Positions 22,804-32,742 of a DNA stretch of 50,372 nt are shown in pieces (position 1 is the first letter of the stretch; the number at the start of each line of letters is the position of its first letter). The translations under genes and the position numbers were made by a program. Origin of the DNA: an uncultured Nitrosomonas sp. GTDB lineage: Bacteria; Pseudomonadota; Gammaproteobacteria; Burkholderiales; Nitrosomonadaceae. Where the stretch lies: NCBI GenBank assembly GCA_963975255.1, contig CAXBGL010000001.1, positions 1 through 50,372 of the forward strand. Direction: 5' to 3'. Under the pieces are notes generated by a model that saw only the letters and a program-made list of their open reading frames with translations, did no database searches and was not told the origin of the DNA.

Positions 22804-24066
22804 TCAGTGACCGCGTAGTTTTATACCCAACAATTTTATTTTTCGATAAAGATGTGTGCGCTCCAGTCCTGCACGTTCAGCCACACGTGTCATATTACCA
22901 CTTTCCTGCTCAATCATTCTCTCAAAATAGGTTTTCTCAAATATATCGCGTGCTTCACGAAGCGAAAGATTTAGCGGAATATCTGGCTCTACCGAGACAG
23001 ATGTTGACTCAGGAAATACCATTGCCTGCTGTACTGCCTCGGCAGAAATCTCATCACCTGTGCAGGTTAATGCCAAAGAATGTACCACTCCAGTCAGTTG
23101 GGTAAAATTACCCGGCCAATCATAATTACGTAAGCAATTAAGTGCGGCCGTACTGAATTGCAATACTGATGACGCCTCCCCCGATTCGACAAAACGCGAC
23201 AATATTTGATTGGCAAGTTCTGGGATATCCTCTCGATGCGCTCTCAATGCAGGAATACTAATACTAAGACCACTTAACGCCTCATACAACTTCGGATTAT
23301 ATGCGCCTTGTGCTGTTAGCTCAGCCAACGGCAAAGCAGTCGCACACACCAGCCGCACATTGTATTTTTCGAGTTTACTCAACAACAATAATAAGCCTTT
23401 CTGTCCTAATCTATTAATCTCGCCAACATCTTTAAGAAACAACAAACCATCCCGCGCCTGCTCCAACAGATCAAAGGGCGCTTCAGCTAACGCTGCCAAT
23501 GTTTCTGGCTCTACCCACGGCGTGTTAGGCCGATGCATAAATCGCGCGCACAGCTCCACACCTACACCGGGCTCGCCCGTAAAAAGTAGTGGTGCCTTTA
23601 AATTGACAACCTGCTCCAGTCTTTTTTTCAGGTCTGCAAACAATGCCCCTCTACCTAGACTGGCAAGTGACAAAACAAAAGATTGTTTACTCTGATTACC
23701 TCGCAACGCTTTTCCAACTGTACTTAACAATTTTTGCAGTGGAATTGGTTTCTCCAGATAGCCAAATGCACCAATACGTGTCGCCTCTACAGCGGTATCT
23801 ATCGTGCCATGCCCAGACATCATAATTACAGGCATGGTAAGCATGCCGCTACTCGCCCAATCCTTCAATAATGTAATACCATCCGTATCAGGCATCCAAA
23901 TATCTAATAGCACCAGTTCAGGGCGTGTTTGACTACGCCAGACCCGTGCCTGCTCCGCATTCTCTGCTAGTGCTACGCGATAACCTTCATCACGCAGAAT
24001 CTCGGATAACAACTCGCGGATACCTATTTCATCATCAACAACAAGTATTGTATTGTTAGTCATCAT
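22804..24066 (-). CDS. ntrX: NtrX-type response regulator (REC, degenerate AAA+, Fis HTH)
   Basis: REC domain (LLDIWMP, MSGHGTIDTAVEATRIGA), no GAFTGA, C-terminal ERTHLYRK HTH; in the rsmB-DUF4390-ntrY-ntrX cluster. Confidence 0.85.
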   Translation of the reverse strand: MMTNNTILVVDDEIGIRELLSEILRDEGYRVALAENAEQARVWRSQTRPELVLLDIWMPDTDGITLLKDWASSGMLTMPVIMMSGHGTIDTAVEATRIGAFGYLEKPIPLQKLLSTVGKALRGNQSKQSFVLSLASLGRGALFADLKKRLEQVVNLKAPLLFTGEPGVGVELCARFMHRPNTPWVEPETLAALAEAPFDLLEQARDGLLFLKDVGEINRLGQKGLLLLLSKLEKYNVRLVCATALPLAELTAQGAYNPKLYEALSGLSISIPALRAHREDIPELANQILSRFVESGEASSVLQFSTAALNCLRNYDWPGNFTQLTGVVHSLALTCTGDEISAEAVQQAMVFPESTSVSVEPDIPLNLSLREARDIFEKTYFERMIEQESGNMTRVAERAGLERTHLYRKIKLLGIKLRGH

Positions 24067-24136
24067 ATTCCCAGCTGACAAGATGTTACGAACCTCATCA
24101 CCTCTTCCCACCAAAAATTAAACAAAATAAATATAC

Positions 24137-26311
24137 TCATGCCACTTTATTATCCATCACCACTGTTTTTTCTTCTGTCATTGGCAAGATAATGGAAATA
24201 TAAGCGCCATGGGGTTTAATATTTTCGATTTGAATCGTACCGTCATGCTCTTCAATTATTTTTTTAACAATTGGTAGCCCAAGTCCAGTCCCTTTGGTTT
24301 TAGTTGTAACATAAGGCTCAAATGCACGCGCTTTAACCTCTTCAGAAAAACCACCCCCATTATCACGCATACTAATCTGCACACCCCCACGCACCCTTTC
24401 TGTACTTACCCTAATTACCGGCTTCGGTATATCAATCAGGGCATCTTGTGCATTTTGCAAAAGATTATGTAGTACCTGGCGCAACTGTACAGAATCCCCA
24501 CTGACTTCAGGCAGATCAGAAGCCAGCGATTGTTCTATTTTTAAATGTGTATTGCTATCCGTCACCATGCTCGCTGTCTCATATAATGACAATACCTCCC
24601 GCACTAAGTGGTTGATATCTAACTGACGCAACTCCAGCTCTGGAACACGGGCGTATTTGCTAAATTCATTCACCATCCTTTTCAGAGCCTCTACCTGATT
24701 AACAATCGTCTCAGTAGAACGGCGTAAAATTCTCGCATCCTGCTCATCTAATTTTTCTGCCAACTTATGCTGCATCCGCTCAGCAGAAAGTTGAATAGGT
24801 GTCAGTGGGTTTTTAATTTCGTGCGCAAGGCGTCGCGCCACCTCATTCCATGCCACAGCACGCTGAACCTGCAACAAATTGGTAATATCATCAAATATTA
24901 CAACACCCCCACCACCCGATATCTGTGGCAAACGTGTGCCACGTAATAGCAGCGCCTGATTATTTCCATCTTCAGAACGCGTCATCTGACGCTGCCACAC
25001 ACCCGCTTCCATTGAATTGAAACCAGTCCGAATTTCGGTCACCAACGTACACAATTGAGGTTCATTTTCAACGCAACCTTCAATTATCGAACCATCTAAA
25101 CTAATTAACGGAGCTTGTAAGATTTGTTCTGCGCTCCGATTTGCCTTACGTAAAGACAATTGTTCATCAAATACCAATACACCTGAAGAAAGATTTGCCA
25201 ATATACTTTCCAGGTGAGCACGCGCACTTTCCACCTGTTGCTGGTTATGCTGTGCCGTTGCACGCGCCTCTTCCAGTTGTTGTGTCATTAGATTAAAAGA
25301 CTCTGTCAGCACACCCAACTCATCACGGCTCTGCACCAGATGTCGCCGACTGAAATCCCCCTGCGCCACCGCACGCGTACCCTCAGCTAACATACCCAAC
25401 GGTGCGCTCAATTTTTCACTGATAAGCGATGCCGCCACCAGCGCAGAAAAAAGTGCCAGCAACAGCGCCAGAGTCAATGTCACACTATATAGCCGCGTTA
25501 ATCCTTGACGTGATAAGGATAGCTCTTGATAATCTCGATACCCGGCTTGCACTCTTTCTGCATCTTTTGCCAATTGTTGCGGCACAGCTTGTAACAATTG
25601 GAGTACACGAATGTCTTCTTTTAAACTTAAGACGTTAACAGGCGTCACCACCCTCAAATACAAACCTTTTTTCCCAGTGATCGACTCAATTGCACTATAG
25701 GTCTTTTGTATCCTGATACGTCGCATTACCGCTGCACTGGGCATTTCTGGAAACAACGCCGTATTATTTACACTAGAAAAAGCAATGACCTTGCCATCCT
25801 GATTGAACAGCGTCGCTTCCTGTATCTGTGATTGCGCCAATATTTTGTTCAGTGCAGCCAGGGGTAAAATTGTCGGCTCAGATAAAGTCAATGCTGCGGT
25901 TTGCGCTTTTTTTTGTAATTCTTCCAGTAAATTATCGAGTATGGTATGCCCCAGATTCAAACCACCTTCAAGTGCTCGATCGACCTTAACATCGAACCAG
26001 GACTCGATACTTTTCTCCAGGAACTGAACGGACACCGCATATACCAACACACCAGGAAGTATCGCCATCAATGAAAAAATTAACAACAAACGTAGCGCTA
26101 ACCTGGAACCAAATACGCCGGACTTAAGTCTTCGTCTGAGCCGCCATAGCAAATATCCCACCACCACCATGAGAATCAGCACGAAGATAATATTCAGTCC
26201 GATCAGTAATCGATATCGACGTTCAAGAAACTCGGTATTGGCACCCGCAGTGGCCAGCAAAAAAAGCATTACTGCACCCAGTCCTGCGCCTATAATCAGC
26301 ACGTACCTCAC
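24137..26311 (-). CDS. ntrY: NtrY-type sensor histidine kinase (HAMP, PAS, HisKA, HATPase)
   Basis: SIESWF, ARRLAHEIKNPLTPIQLSAER, DNGGG, GTGLGL. Confidence 0.88.
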   Translation of the reverse strand: MRYVLIIGAGLGAVMLFLLATAGANTEFLERRYRLLIGLNIIFVLILMVVVGYLLWRLRRRLKSGVFGSRLALRLLLIFSLMAILPGVLVYAVSVQFLEKSIESWFDVKVDRALEGGLNLGHTILDNLLEELQKKAQTAALTLSEPTILPLAALNKILAQSQIQEATLFNQDGKVIAFSSVNNTALFPEMPSAAVMRRIRIQKTYSAIESITGKKGLYLRVVTPVNVLSLKEDIRVLQLLQAVPQQLAKDAERVQAGYRDYQELSLSRQGLTRLYSVTLTLALLLALFSALVAASLISEKLSAPLGMLAEGTRAVAQGDFSRRHLVQSRDELGVLTESFNLMTQQLEEARATAQHNQQQVESARAHLESILANLSSGVLVFDEQLSLRKANRSAEQILQAPLISLDGSIIEGCVENEPQLCTLVTEIRTGFNSMEAGVWQRQMTRSEDGNNQALLLRGTRLPQISGGGGVVIFDDITNLLQVQRAVAWNEVARRLAHEIKNPLTPIQLSAERMQHKLAEKLDEQDARILRRSTETIVNQVEALKRMVNEFSKYARVPELELRQLDINHLVREVLSLYETASMVTDSNTHLKIEQSLASDLPEVSGDSVQLRQVLHNLLQNAQDALIDIPKPVIRVSTERVRGGVQISMRDNGGGFSEEVKARAFEPYVTTKTKGTGLGLPIVKKIIEEHDGTIQIENIKPHGAYISIILPMTEEKTVVMDNKVA

Positions 26312-26955
26312 AGGTCACCCCTAATATGCAGCGGCTGTTTTAACAAAGGCAATTTCATGCGCCATTCTAAATTATCAGAGCTGAGGCTCCATTCCTGGGA
26401 ACCCAGCGTTTCAACTTGAAATGGCTTAGGCAAACGCGTTAAATCAAGCCAGACTCGCAACGTTGCAATATAATCAACATCCTGCTCCAGGACAGACTTA
26501 ATCACAACAGGACGATCAAAGTGACCCAGCGCCCGTAACGCTTCCTTCAGCGTGTAAAAACTTTGAGAAAACGATTCATGACTCAAACGATATTGACGTG
26601 TAAGCGCATAATATCTTAAGCCAACTCTCAATTTACTCCTGGCAACTTCTTTATCAACCCAATACCAACGTGAGTCTACTAAAAGAAATTTGGTGACAAA
26701 ATAGAGAACAATTCCCTTCTCAAGGGCCTCTTCCAAAGTTGGATTAAGCACGATCTCAGAATCAACACTCAGTTGATAACCGTCCTCTACCGCAGCCAGC
26801 TTGGCAGACTTAATCTGAATACTACCCTCAGCATAAGCCGCAGCAATCGGAAAGAAAATTGCTGGCAGCACTATAATTAAAATTACACGCGATAACTTTT
26901 CTAACCACATGACTAAATTAGGTCTTTTGCAACAAGGAATAAAAGAAACCGTCAT
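26308..26955 (-). CDS. DUF4390 family periplasmic protein
   Basis: 'L..ALEKGIVLYF..RWYW..Y.ALTRQY..LPKPFQ' pattern; lies between rsmB and ntrY; start uncertain. Confidence 0.85.
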   Translation of the reverse strand: MTVSFIPCCKRPNLVMWLEKLSRVILIIVLPAIFFPIAAAYAEGSIQIKSAKLAAVEDGYQLSVDSEIVLNPTLEEALEKGIVLYFVTKFLLVDSRWYWVDKEVARSKLRVGLRYYALTRQYRLSHESFSQSFYTLKEALRALGHFDRPVVIKSVLEQDVDYIATLRVWLDLTRLPKPFQVETLGSQEWSLSSDNLEWRMKLPLLKQPLHIRGDL

Positions 26956-28195
26956 GGCGAATGTCCGGCAACAATTGCCCATCAATCATTGCTTCTCCAG
27001 AAAGCGGCAATAGCCGAGCATCTGGATGCTGACGCATAAATTGCTCTATCTGCAGTCTATTTTCTTCAATAAATACTGAACAGGTAACGTATAGCAACTT
27101 ACCACCTCTAACTAGAATCTGCCACAAAGCGTTGAGAATTTCCTGTTGGCTTGCAGTAAATTGAAGCAAGTCACTTTCGCGTCGCAACCATTTTATATCA
27201 GGATGGCGACACACTACACCCGATGCCGAGCACGGCACATCGGCTAAAATACGGTCAAACGGCACACCATTCCACCATTGATCTGGATGCGCCGCGTCAC
27301 CACAAACCAAACAATCCGCCATAAACTCTAATCGCTCAAGATTTTGTTCCACCCGTGCAAGCCTAACCGCATCATTATCCAACACAGTCAAGGCGATTTT
27401 AGCCAATTCCAACAAATGGGTACTTTTACCACCAGGCGCGGCACACGCATCCAAAACACGCATCCCATCCTGCACGTCTAAAAATGGCGCTGCCAATTGT
27501 GCACCAGCATCCTGTATCGACACGAAACCCTCAGCAAACCCAGGTAGCTTTTCCACTACAACAGGTTGTTTCAGTTGAAGCGCACCATGCCATAACAGTT
27601 GCGCACTCATCCCCCTTTCATCCAGTAACTTTTGATAAGCCGCCACACTAATCTTACGTTGATTAACCCGTAAGGTCATCGGCGGTCGCTTATTGTCCGC
27701 TTCAAGTACATGCTGAAAATTTTGAGGAAATTGTATACGCAGTTTATCAATCCACCATTGTGGATGAGCGTAACGCCCTACATCACTCTCAGCCACTTTC
27801 TCCAACAAGATTTCGCGTCGCCGAATATAATTACGTAACACCGCATTGACTAACCCCTGCATTTCCTTTCCATTACCCAAAGTAGCAGCAGTTGACACAG
27901 CATGATCCACAACGGCATAAGATGACGCCTTACTATATTGCAACTGATACAAACTTACCAACAATAAATTATACAGGCGCCTGTCACGTAAAGATTTCTT
28001 TAATAATAGCCCAAGTAATGCATCGAGCTGTCCGTAAAAACGTAACACACCATAACTTAAATCCTGAACGGCACCTCTCTGTTGGCTTAAAAGTACGGGA
28101 TGAGTACGCCAAGTTTCCTGCAACACCACTGTTAAACTCGCCCCGGCCAATACCTTGCCTACAACAGATGCAGCAATACGCTGCGTCTTAATCAT
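26918..28195 (-). CDS. rsmB: 16S rRNA m5C967 methyltransferase
   Basis: NusB-like N-terminus, QDAGAQ, DACAAPGGK, DVPCSASG, YVTCS. Confidence 0.97.
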   Translation of the reverse strand: MIKTQRIAASVVGKVLAGASLTVVLQETWRTHPVLLSQQRGAVQDLSYGVLRFYGQLDALLGLLLKKSLRDRRLYNLLLVSLYQLQYSKASSYAVVDHAVSTAATLGNGKEMQGLVNAVLRNYIRRREILLEKVAESDVGRYAHPQWWIDKLRIQFPQNFQHVLEADNKRPPMTLRVNQRKISVAAYQKLLDERGMSAQLLWHGALQLKQPVVVEKLPGFAEGFVSIQDAGAQLAAPFLDVQDGMRVLDACAAPGGKSTHLLELAKIALTVLDNDAVRLARVEQNLERLEFMADCLVCGDAAHPDQWWNGVPFDRILADVPCSASGVVCRHPDIKWLRRESDLLQFTASQQEILNALWQILVRGGKLLYVTCSVFIEENRLQIEQFMRQHPDARLLPLSGEAMIDGQLLPDIRHDGFFYSLLQKT

Positions 28196-29144
28196 ACTTG
28201 GAACCAGAAGCATTCATATTTTCGAAACAATCACCAGGCTGCAATGCATGCCCTAACAAGAATTCTGCTGCACTCAATTTTTTCCCGCCTGGTTTCTGAA
28301 CCGCTTCTAGCATGAGGTTATCTTTACCACACGCCACAGTAATACCATGGCGTTCTGTTGCAACAATTGTTCCGGGTTCAGCAGAATCACCCGCGATTAT
28401 TTGTGCACGCCAAATCTTAAGCATACCACCATGGATATAACTATATGCGCCAGGGTTCGGATTAAAAGCCCGCACAATACGGTCGATCTGCTCCGCGGTC
28501 AACTGCCAATCAATCGCTGCCTCAATTTTTTTTATTTTGGGCGCATAACAAGCCAATGCTTCATCCTGGCAACTTGGTACAATTTTTTCCTGCTGCAATA
28601 GCGCCAATCCTTCCACCACGCTTTGTGCACCCAACACACACAACTTATCGTGTAAAGTTTGTGCTGTATCATCTCGTGCAATAGCAATACTTTGTTTTAA
28701 CAACATAACACCCGTATCAAGACCGACATCGATTTGCATGAGCGTAATACCCGTTTCCCGGTCTCCCGCCAATATAGCCCTTTGAATGGGCGCAGCGCCA
28801 CGCCATCGCGGCAATAAAGAGGCATGGATATTTAGACAACCATAGCGCGGAATATCCAACACCCCCTTAGGTAAAATTAATCCATATGCCGCAACAATCA
28901 TGACATCTGCCTTAAGTGCCTGCAATTGTGTAAGCAATGCGGGAGATTTGAGTGTGTCGGGCTGCAACAGCGTCAGTTCATGTTGCTGCGCCAACAATTT
29001 AACTGCACTGGAAACTGTTTTCATTCCTCGCCCTGCTGGCCGGTCTGGCTGGGTCAGCACCAATACTATTTCATGATGCGTACCCATCAAAACCTTCAGT
29101 GCAGTCGCAGCAAATGTCGGGGTACCTGCAAAAATTATTTTCAT
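28188..29144 (-). CDS. fmt: Methionyl-tRNA formyltransferase
   Basis: FAGTPTFA, QPDRPAGRG, NIHASLLPRWRGAAPIQRAI. Confidence 0.98.
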   Translation of the reverse strand: MKIIFAGTPTFAATALKVLMGTHHEIVLVLTQPDRPAGRGMKTVSSAVKLLAQQHELTLLQPDTLKSPALLTQLQALKADVMIVAAYGLILPKGVLDIPRYGCLNIHASLLPRWRGAAPIQRAILAGDRETGITLMQIDVGLDTGVMLLKQSIAIARDDTAQTLHDKLCVLGAQSVVEGLALLQQEKIVPSCQDEALACYAPKIKKIEAAIDWQLTAEQIDRIVRAFNPNPGAYSYIHGGMLKIWRAQIIAGDSAEPGTIVATERHGITVACGKDNLMLEAVQKPGGKKLSAAEFLLGHALQPGDCFENMNASGSKYD

Positions 29145-29297
29145 TTTAATTTTATAATATATGCGCTTAACGTATGCGACTTGCCATCAAACCTAAGAGA
29201 AGCGAGAATAGTGAGGAAGTGAGGACACTTTGTTCTCATTTTTGAGGCGCATGGAATAGCCTATCATATCAGATTGAGATCCCGCAGGACCCATGCA

Positions 29298-29801
29298 CTA
29301 CATTGTATTACGTTGTCTTTTTCTTAATTTTGCCAGTGCACGCGTTTGCTTCAATTGCGACCAATACTCAACAAACACTTTTCCAACTAAATGATCCATT
29401 TCATGCTGGATACACACTGCAAGTAAGCCACTGGCATCCAGAACAAAAGGTTTTCCCTCAGCATCCAACGCCTTAACTGTAACAGACTCAGCACGCCGCA
29501 CCTTTCCATAAACACTGGGAACGGACAAGCAGCCCTCCTCATAGTCAGATTCCCCACTACTGACAGTAATTTCAGGATTAATTAATACGAGCAATTGATC
29601 GTGTTTTTCAGATATATCAATTACAATAATACGTTCATGCACATCAACCTGAGTTGCCGCCAAACCTATCCCTGGTGCCATATACATGGTCTCTGCCATG
29701 TTTTGTATTAACAACCGGGTTTTGTCAGTGACCTCCGATACCGTCGCCGCTACGATATGCAATCGCTCATCTGGATATTGTAATATTTTTAGAATAGCCA
29801 T
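29298..29801 (-). CDS. def: Peptide deformylase
   Basis: [20 protein letters not shown]. Confidence 0.99.
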   Translation of the reverse strand: MAILKILQYPDERLHIVAATVSEVTDKTRLLIQNMAETMYMAPGIGLAATQVDVHERIIVIDISEKHDQLLVLINPEITVSSGESDYEEGCLSVPSVYGKVRRAESVTVKALDAEGKPFVLDASGLLAVCIQHEMDHLVGKVFVEYWSQLKQTRALAKLRKRQRNTM

Positions 29802-29904
29802 GAAAAACTTGTGTAATTTAACAAACTGAATATAGAATTAAGGCCGTATCATGTGTCCCACATACTATGCGCAATAAACCTTATTTCTGCTACTGGGACC
29901 ATCT

Positions 29905-30930
29905 ATGTGTAAGTCTATTATATCTACGATTCTGTTCCTAGGCCTGCTTTCTGTTTTACCTGTCAATGCGGACAGCATTGCACTACGGAACGACACACCT
30001 GACCGCCATATTGTTGTGCCGGGAGATACGCTGTGGAGCATTTCCTCACGATTCCTAAGAGATCCCTGGCTTTGGCCAAAAGTTTGGGGACTGAATCGAG
30101 AACAATTAAAAAATCCACACAAAATCTATCCGGGTGATATTGTTATACTCGAGGAAACACCGCACGGAGTTAGATTACAGCTAGCTACGGAAAAAGGAAC
30201 CATAAAGTTATCACCCAGAATACGGACAAAAAAATCTAGCGTCACAGCTATTCCCAGTATACCAGCGGCAGCAATTGAACCATTTTTGAGCCAACCACTT
30301 GTCATCGATAAAGATGGCATGGAAAATACCCCTTTTATACTAGGATCGAGTGATAACCGCGTCATACTCAGCCCAGGCACCACAGTCTATGCAGATGGCT
30401 TGTCAGAAAGTGAAGGCGTAGCATGGCAAATATTCCGCCCCGGCAAAGCTTTAAAAGACCCTGACAATGACGACCAAATACTGGGTTATGAAGCAACATA
30501 CCTAGGGAACACTAAAGTAGAAGTTTTTGCTGACATCAGTACGATGACCATCACCCGCTCTGTTCAGGAAATTCTAAAAGGTGATCGATTAGTGCCGTCT
30601 CCTGGTATCATATTCAATAATTATGCACCACATGCGCCAGACCTATCGATCAGTGGACGTATCATTTCTGTCTATGGCGGCGTTACTGAATTTGGGAAAG
30701 GTGCTATTGTTACCCTTAACAAGGGAGCAAAGGATGGCTTGGAAATGGGTAATGTCCTCGCTGTCTACCGAAAAAGCCACGTAAAATCACCAGAAGGAGA
30801 AATTGTACAGCTGCCAGACGAGCGCACTGGACTGGTTTTTGTATTTCGAGTTTTTGATCAAGTTGCCTATGCACTCGTTATGCGAAGCACGCAATCAATT
30901 AAAATCTTTGATGCCGTCAAAACTCCCTAA
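29905..30930 (+). CDS. LysM-domain protein (TsaP-like, type IV pilus secretin-associated)
   Basis: Signal peptide, LysM (VVPGDTLWSIS..PWLWP..NPHKIYPGD); divergent from def and upstream of dprA. Confidence 0.88.
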   Translation: MCKSIISTILFLGLLSVLPVNADSIALRNDTPDRHIVVPGDTLWSISSRFLRDPWLWPKVWGLNREQLKNPHKIYPGDIVILEETPHGVRLQLATEKGTIKLSPRIRTKKSSVTAIPSIPAAAIEPFLSQPLVIDKDGMENTPFILGSSDNRVILSPGTTVYADGLSESEGVAWQIFRPGKALKDPDNDDQILGYEATYLGNTKVEVFADISTMTITRSVQEILKGDRLVPSPGIIFNNYAPHAPDLSISGRIISVYGGVTEFGKGAIVTLNKGAKDGLEMGNVLAVYRKSHVKSPEGEIVQLPDERTGLVFVFRVFDQVAYALVMRSTQSIKIFDAVKTP

Positions 30931-30953
30931 TAATAACTATGTAGCGACCTTTC

Positions 30954-32048
30954 ATGAAGCACGCGCCAGATATTGAACCCTGGCTCAATCTTTGCCTGAT
31001 TGACGGTCTCGGTGATGAGTCAATTCGTCGGCTACTGGTTGCTTTTGGTAGCCCCAATAAAATTCTTTCTGCAAACATCCACGCACTTGAACGCGTTGTA
31101 AAAACAAGCTTCGCCAAAAAAATTATACACGGGGGCAACCCAACAAAAATTGCTACCGCCTTCAAATGGCTGGAGGATCCCAGCAACTCAATTATTACGC
31201 TGGCTGACTCTGACTACCCCAGTCAATTATTAAATATTACTGATCCACCACCGCTTCTTTATTTTAAAGGCCTAAGAAAACTCCTTAATGCACCTGCATT
31301 GGCTGTTGTAGGCAGCCGTAATGCAACACCCCAAGGCATTGCCAATGCTGAAGCTTTTGCTGAGGCAGCAAGTAATGCAGGACTTTGTATTATTAGCGGC
31401 ATGGCATTAGGCATTGATACTGCTGCGCACCTTGGTGGCTTACAGGGTAACGCAGCCAGCATTGCAATAGTCGGCACAGGGCTTGATATTGTCTATCCAG
31501 CAAAAAATCATAAGCTTGCGCACAGACTGGCAAAAGATGGCGCAATTATCTCTGAATTTCCGCTTGGAACACCTGCCATAGGGAGAAACTTTCCCCGCCG
31601 GAATCGTATCATCAGTGGCATGAGTCAAGGCTGCTTAGTAGTAGAAGCAGCTCTGCGCAGCGGTTCGCTGATTACTGCCCGTCAAGCACTAGAACAAGGA
31701 CGCGATGTGCTGGCCATCCCTGGCTCAATTCATTCACCCTTATCAAAAGGCTGCCATGCATTGATTAAACAGGGCGCCAAGCTGGTGGAAAATACGCAAG
31801 ACATCCTTGATGAACTTAACTATCAATCACCATCAAATAGTATTAGCCTGACTGCAGAAATCAACACCCATTGTTCACCAGAAAACCCTGTGTTACTCAA
31901 ACATCTGGGACATGATATTGTTGATATTGACACATTATGCGCACGCAGTGGCTTGACGGCAGAAGCAGTATCCGCCATGCTATTAACGCTTGAACTTGAC
32001 GGCCTAATTGCCAGCCTGCCAGGGGGATGCTATCAACGAATACAGTAA
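30954..32048 (+). CDS. dprA: DNA processing protein DprA (Smf)
   Basis: AVVGSRN, SGMALGID, NFPRRNRIISG, SGSLITA, C-terminal winged helix. Confidence 0.97.
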   Translation: MKHAPDIEPWLNLCLIDGLGDESIRRLLVAFGSPNKILSANIHALERVVKTSFAKKIIHGGNPTKIATAFKWLEDPSNSIITLADSDYPSQLLNITDPPPLLYFKGLRKLLNAPALAVVGSRNATPQGIANAEAFAEAASNAGLCIISGMALGIDTAAHLGGLQGNAASIAIVGTGLDIVYPAKNHKLAHRLAKDGAIISEFPLGTPAIGRNFPRRNRIISGMSQGCLVVEAALRSGSLITARQALEQGRDVLAIPGSIHSPLSKGCHALIKQGAKLVENTQDILDELNYQSPSNSISLTAEINTHCSPENPVLLKHLGHDIVDIDTLCARSGLTAEAVSAMLLTLELDGLIASLPGGCYQRIQ

Positions 32049-32117
32049 CGTTTGTTAGCTGACATGTTATATAACCGACTGATTTAAGGAGATTACTTGA
32101 AATAATTCAAGGCAACT

Positions 32118-32576
32118 ATGTTTGATATTCTCGTTTATTTATTTGAAAATTATTTTGATTCTGGAAGCTACCCGGACTCCGCCACGCTTACACGCAAATT
32201 AACCATGGCCGGGTTTGCCAATGACGATATTAATCAAACACTTGATTGGCTATCAGAACTGGCACAAGATGATACGGGCGACTATCCACCCACACTTGCT
32301 CAGAACGATTCTTTTCGCTGCTACACATCTTCCGAAATGGAAAAAATTGACACAGAAGGACGGGGATTTATTACCTTTTTGGAGCAAGCCGATATAATTA
32401 ACCCCTTGCAACGTGAATTATTGATAGACCGAGTTCTTGCCATGAAAGAAAACACCTCAAGCTTAGAAAAAATAAAACTGATTGTTTTAACCGAACTCTG
32501 GATACAAAACCAGCTCACTGATCATGCTATGCTGGAGAAATTACTGATAGTCAGCGACTCACATTATCGGCATTAA
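32118..32576 (+). CDS. smg: Smg / DUF494 protein
   Basis: MFDILVYLFENY N-terminus; follows dprA. Confidence 0.93.
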   Translation: MFDILVYLFENYFDSGSYPDSATLTRKLTMAGFANDDINQTLDWLSELAQDDTGDYPPTLAQNDSFRCYTSSEMEKIDTEGRGFITFLEQADIINPLQRELLIDRVLAMKENTSSLEKIKLIVLTELWIQNQLTDHAMLEKLLIVSDSHYRH

Positions 32577-32742
32577 GAATCCATGCAACTCTTGTTTTTC
32601 ACTGACAAAATAGATAGTCATATGGAATAATGTATCCACTACTCAAATATAATCTGTTGCCATGCATTATGATTACCCCAATCAGCGAAAAGTATTTTAT
32701 TCTACCAACCACCGATGATTCACAAATACTCACAGGACAATA

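Noticed and set aside
22804-24066. Sigma54 activator lacking GAFTGA as a novelty
   Set aside because: A degenerate AAA+ domain is a known property of NtrX-type regulators in this gene cluster.
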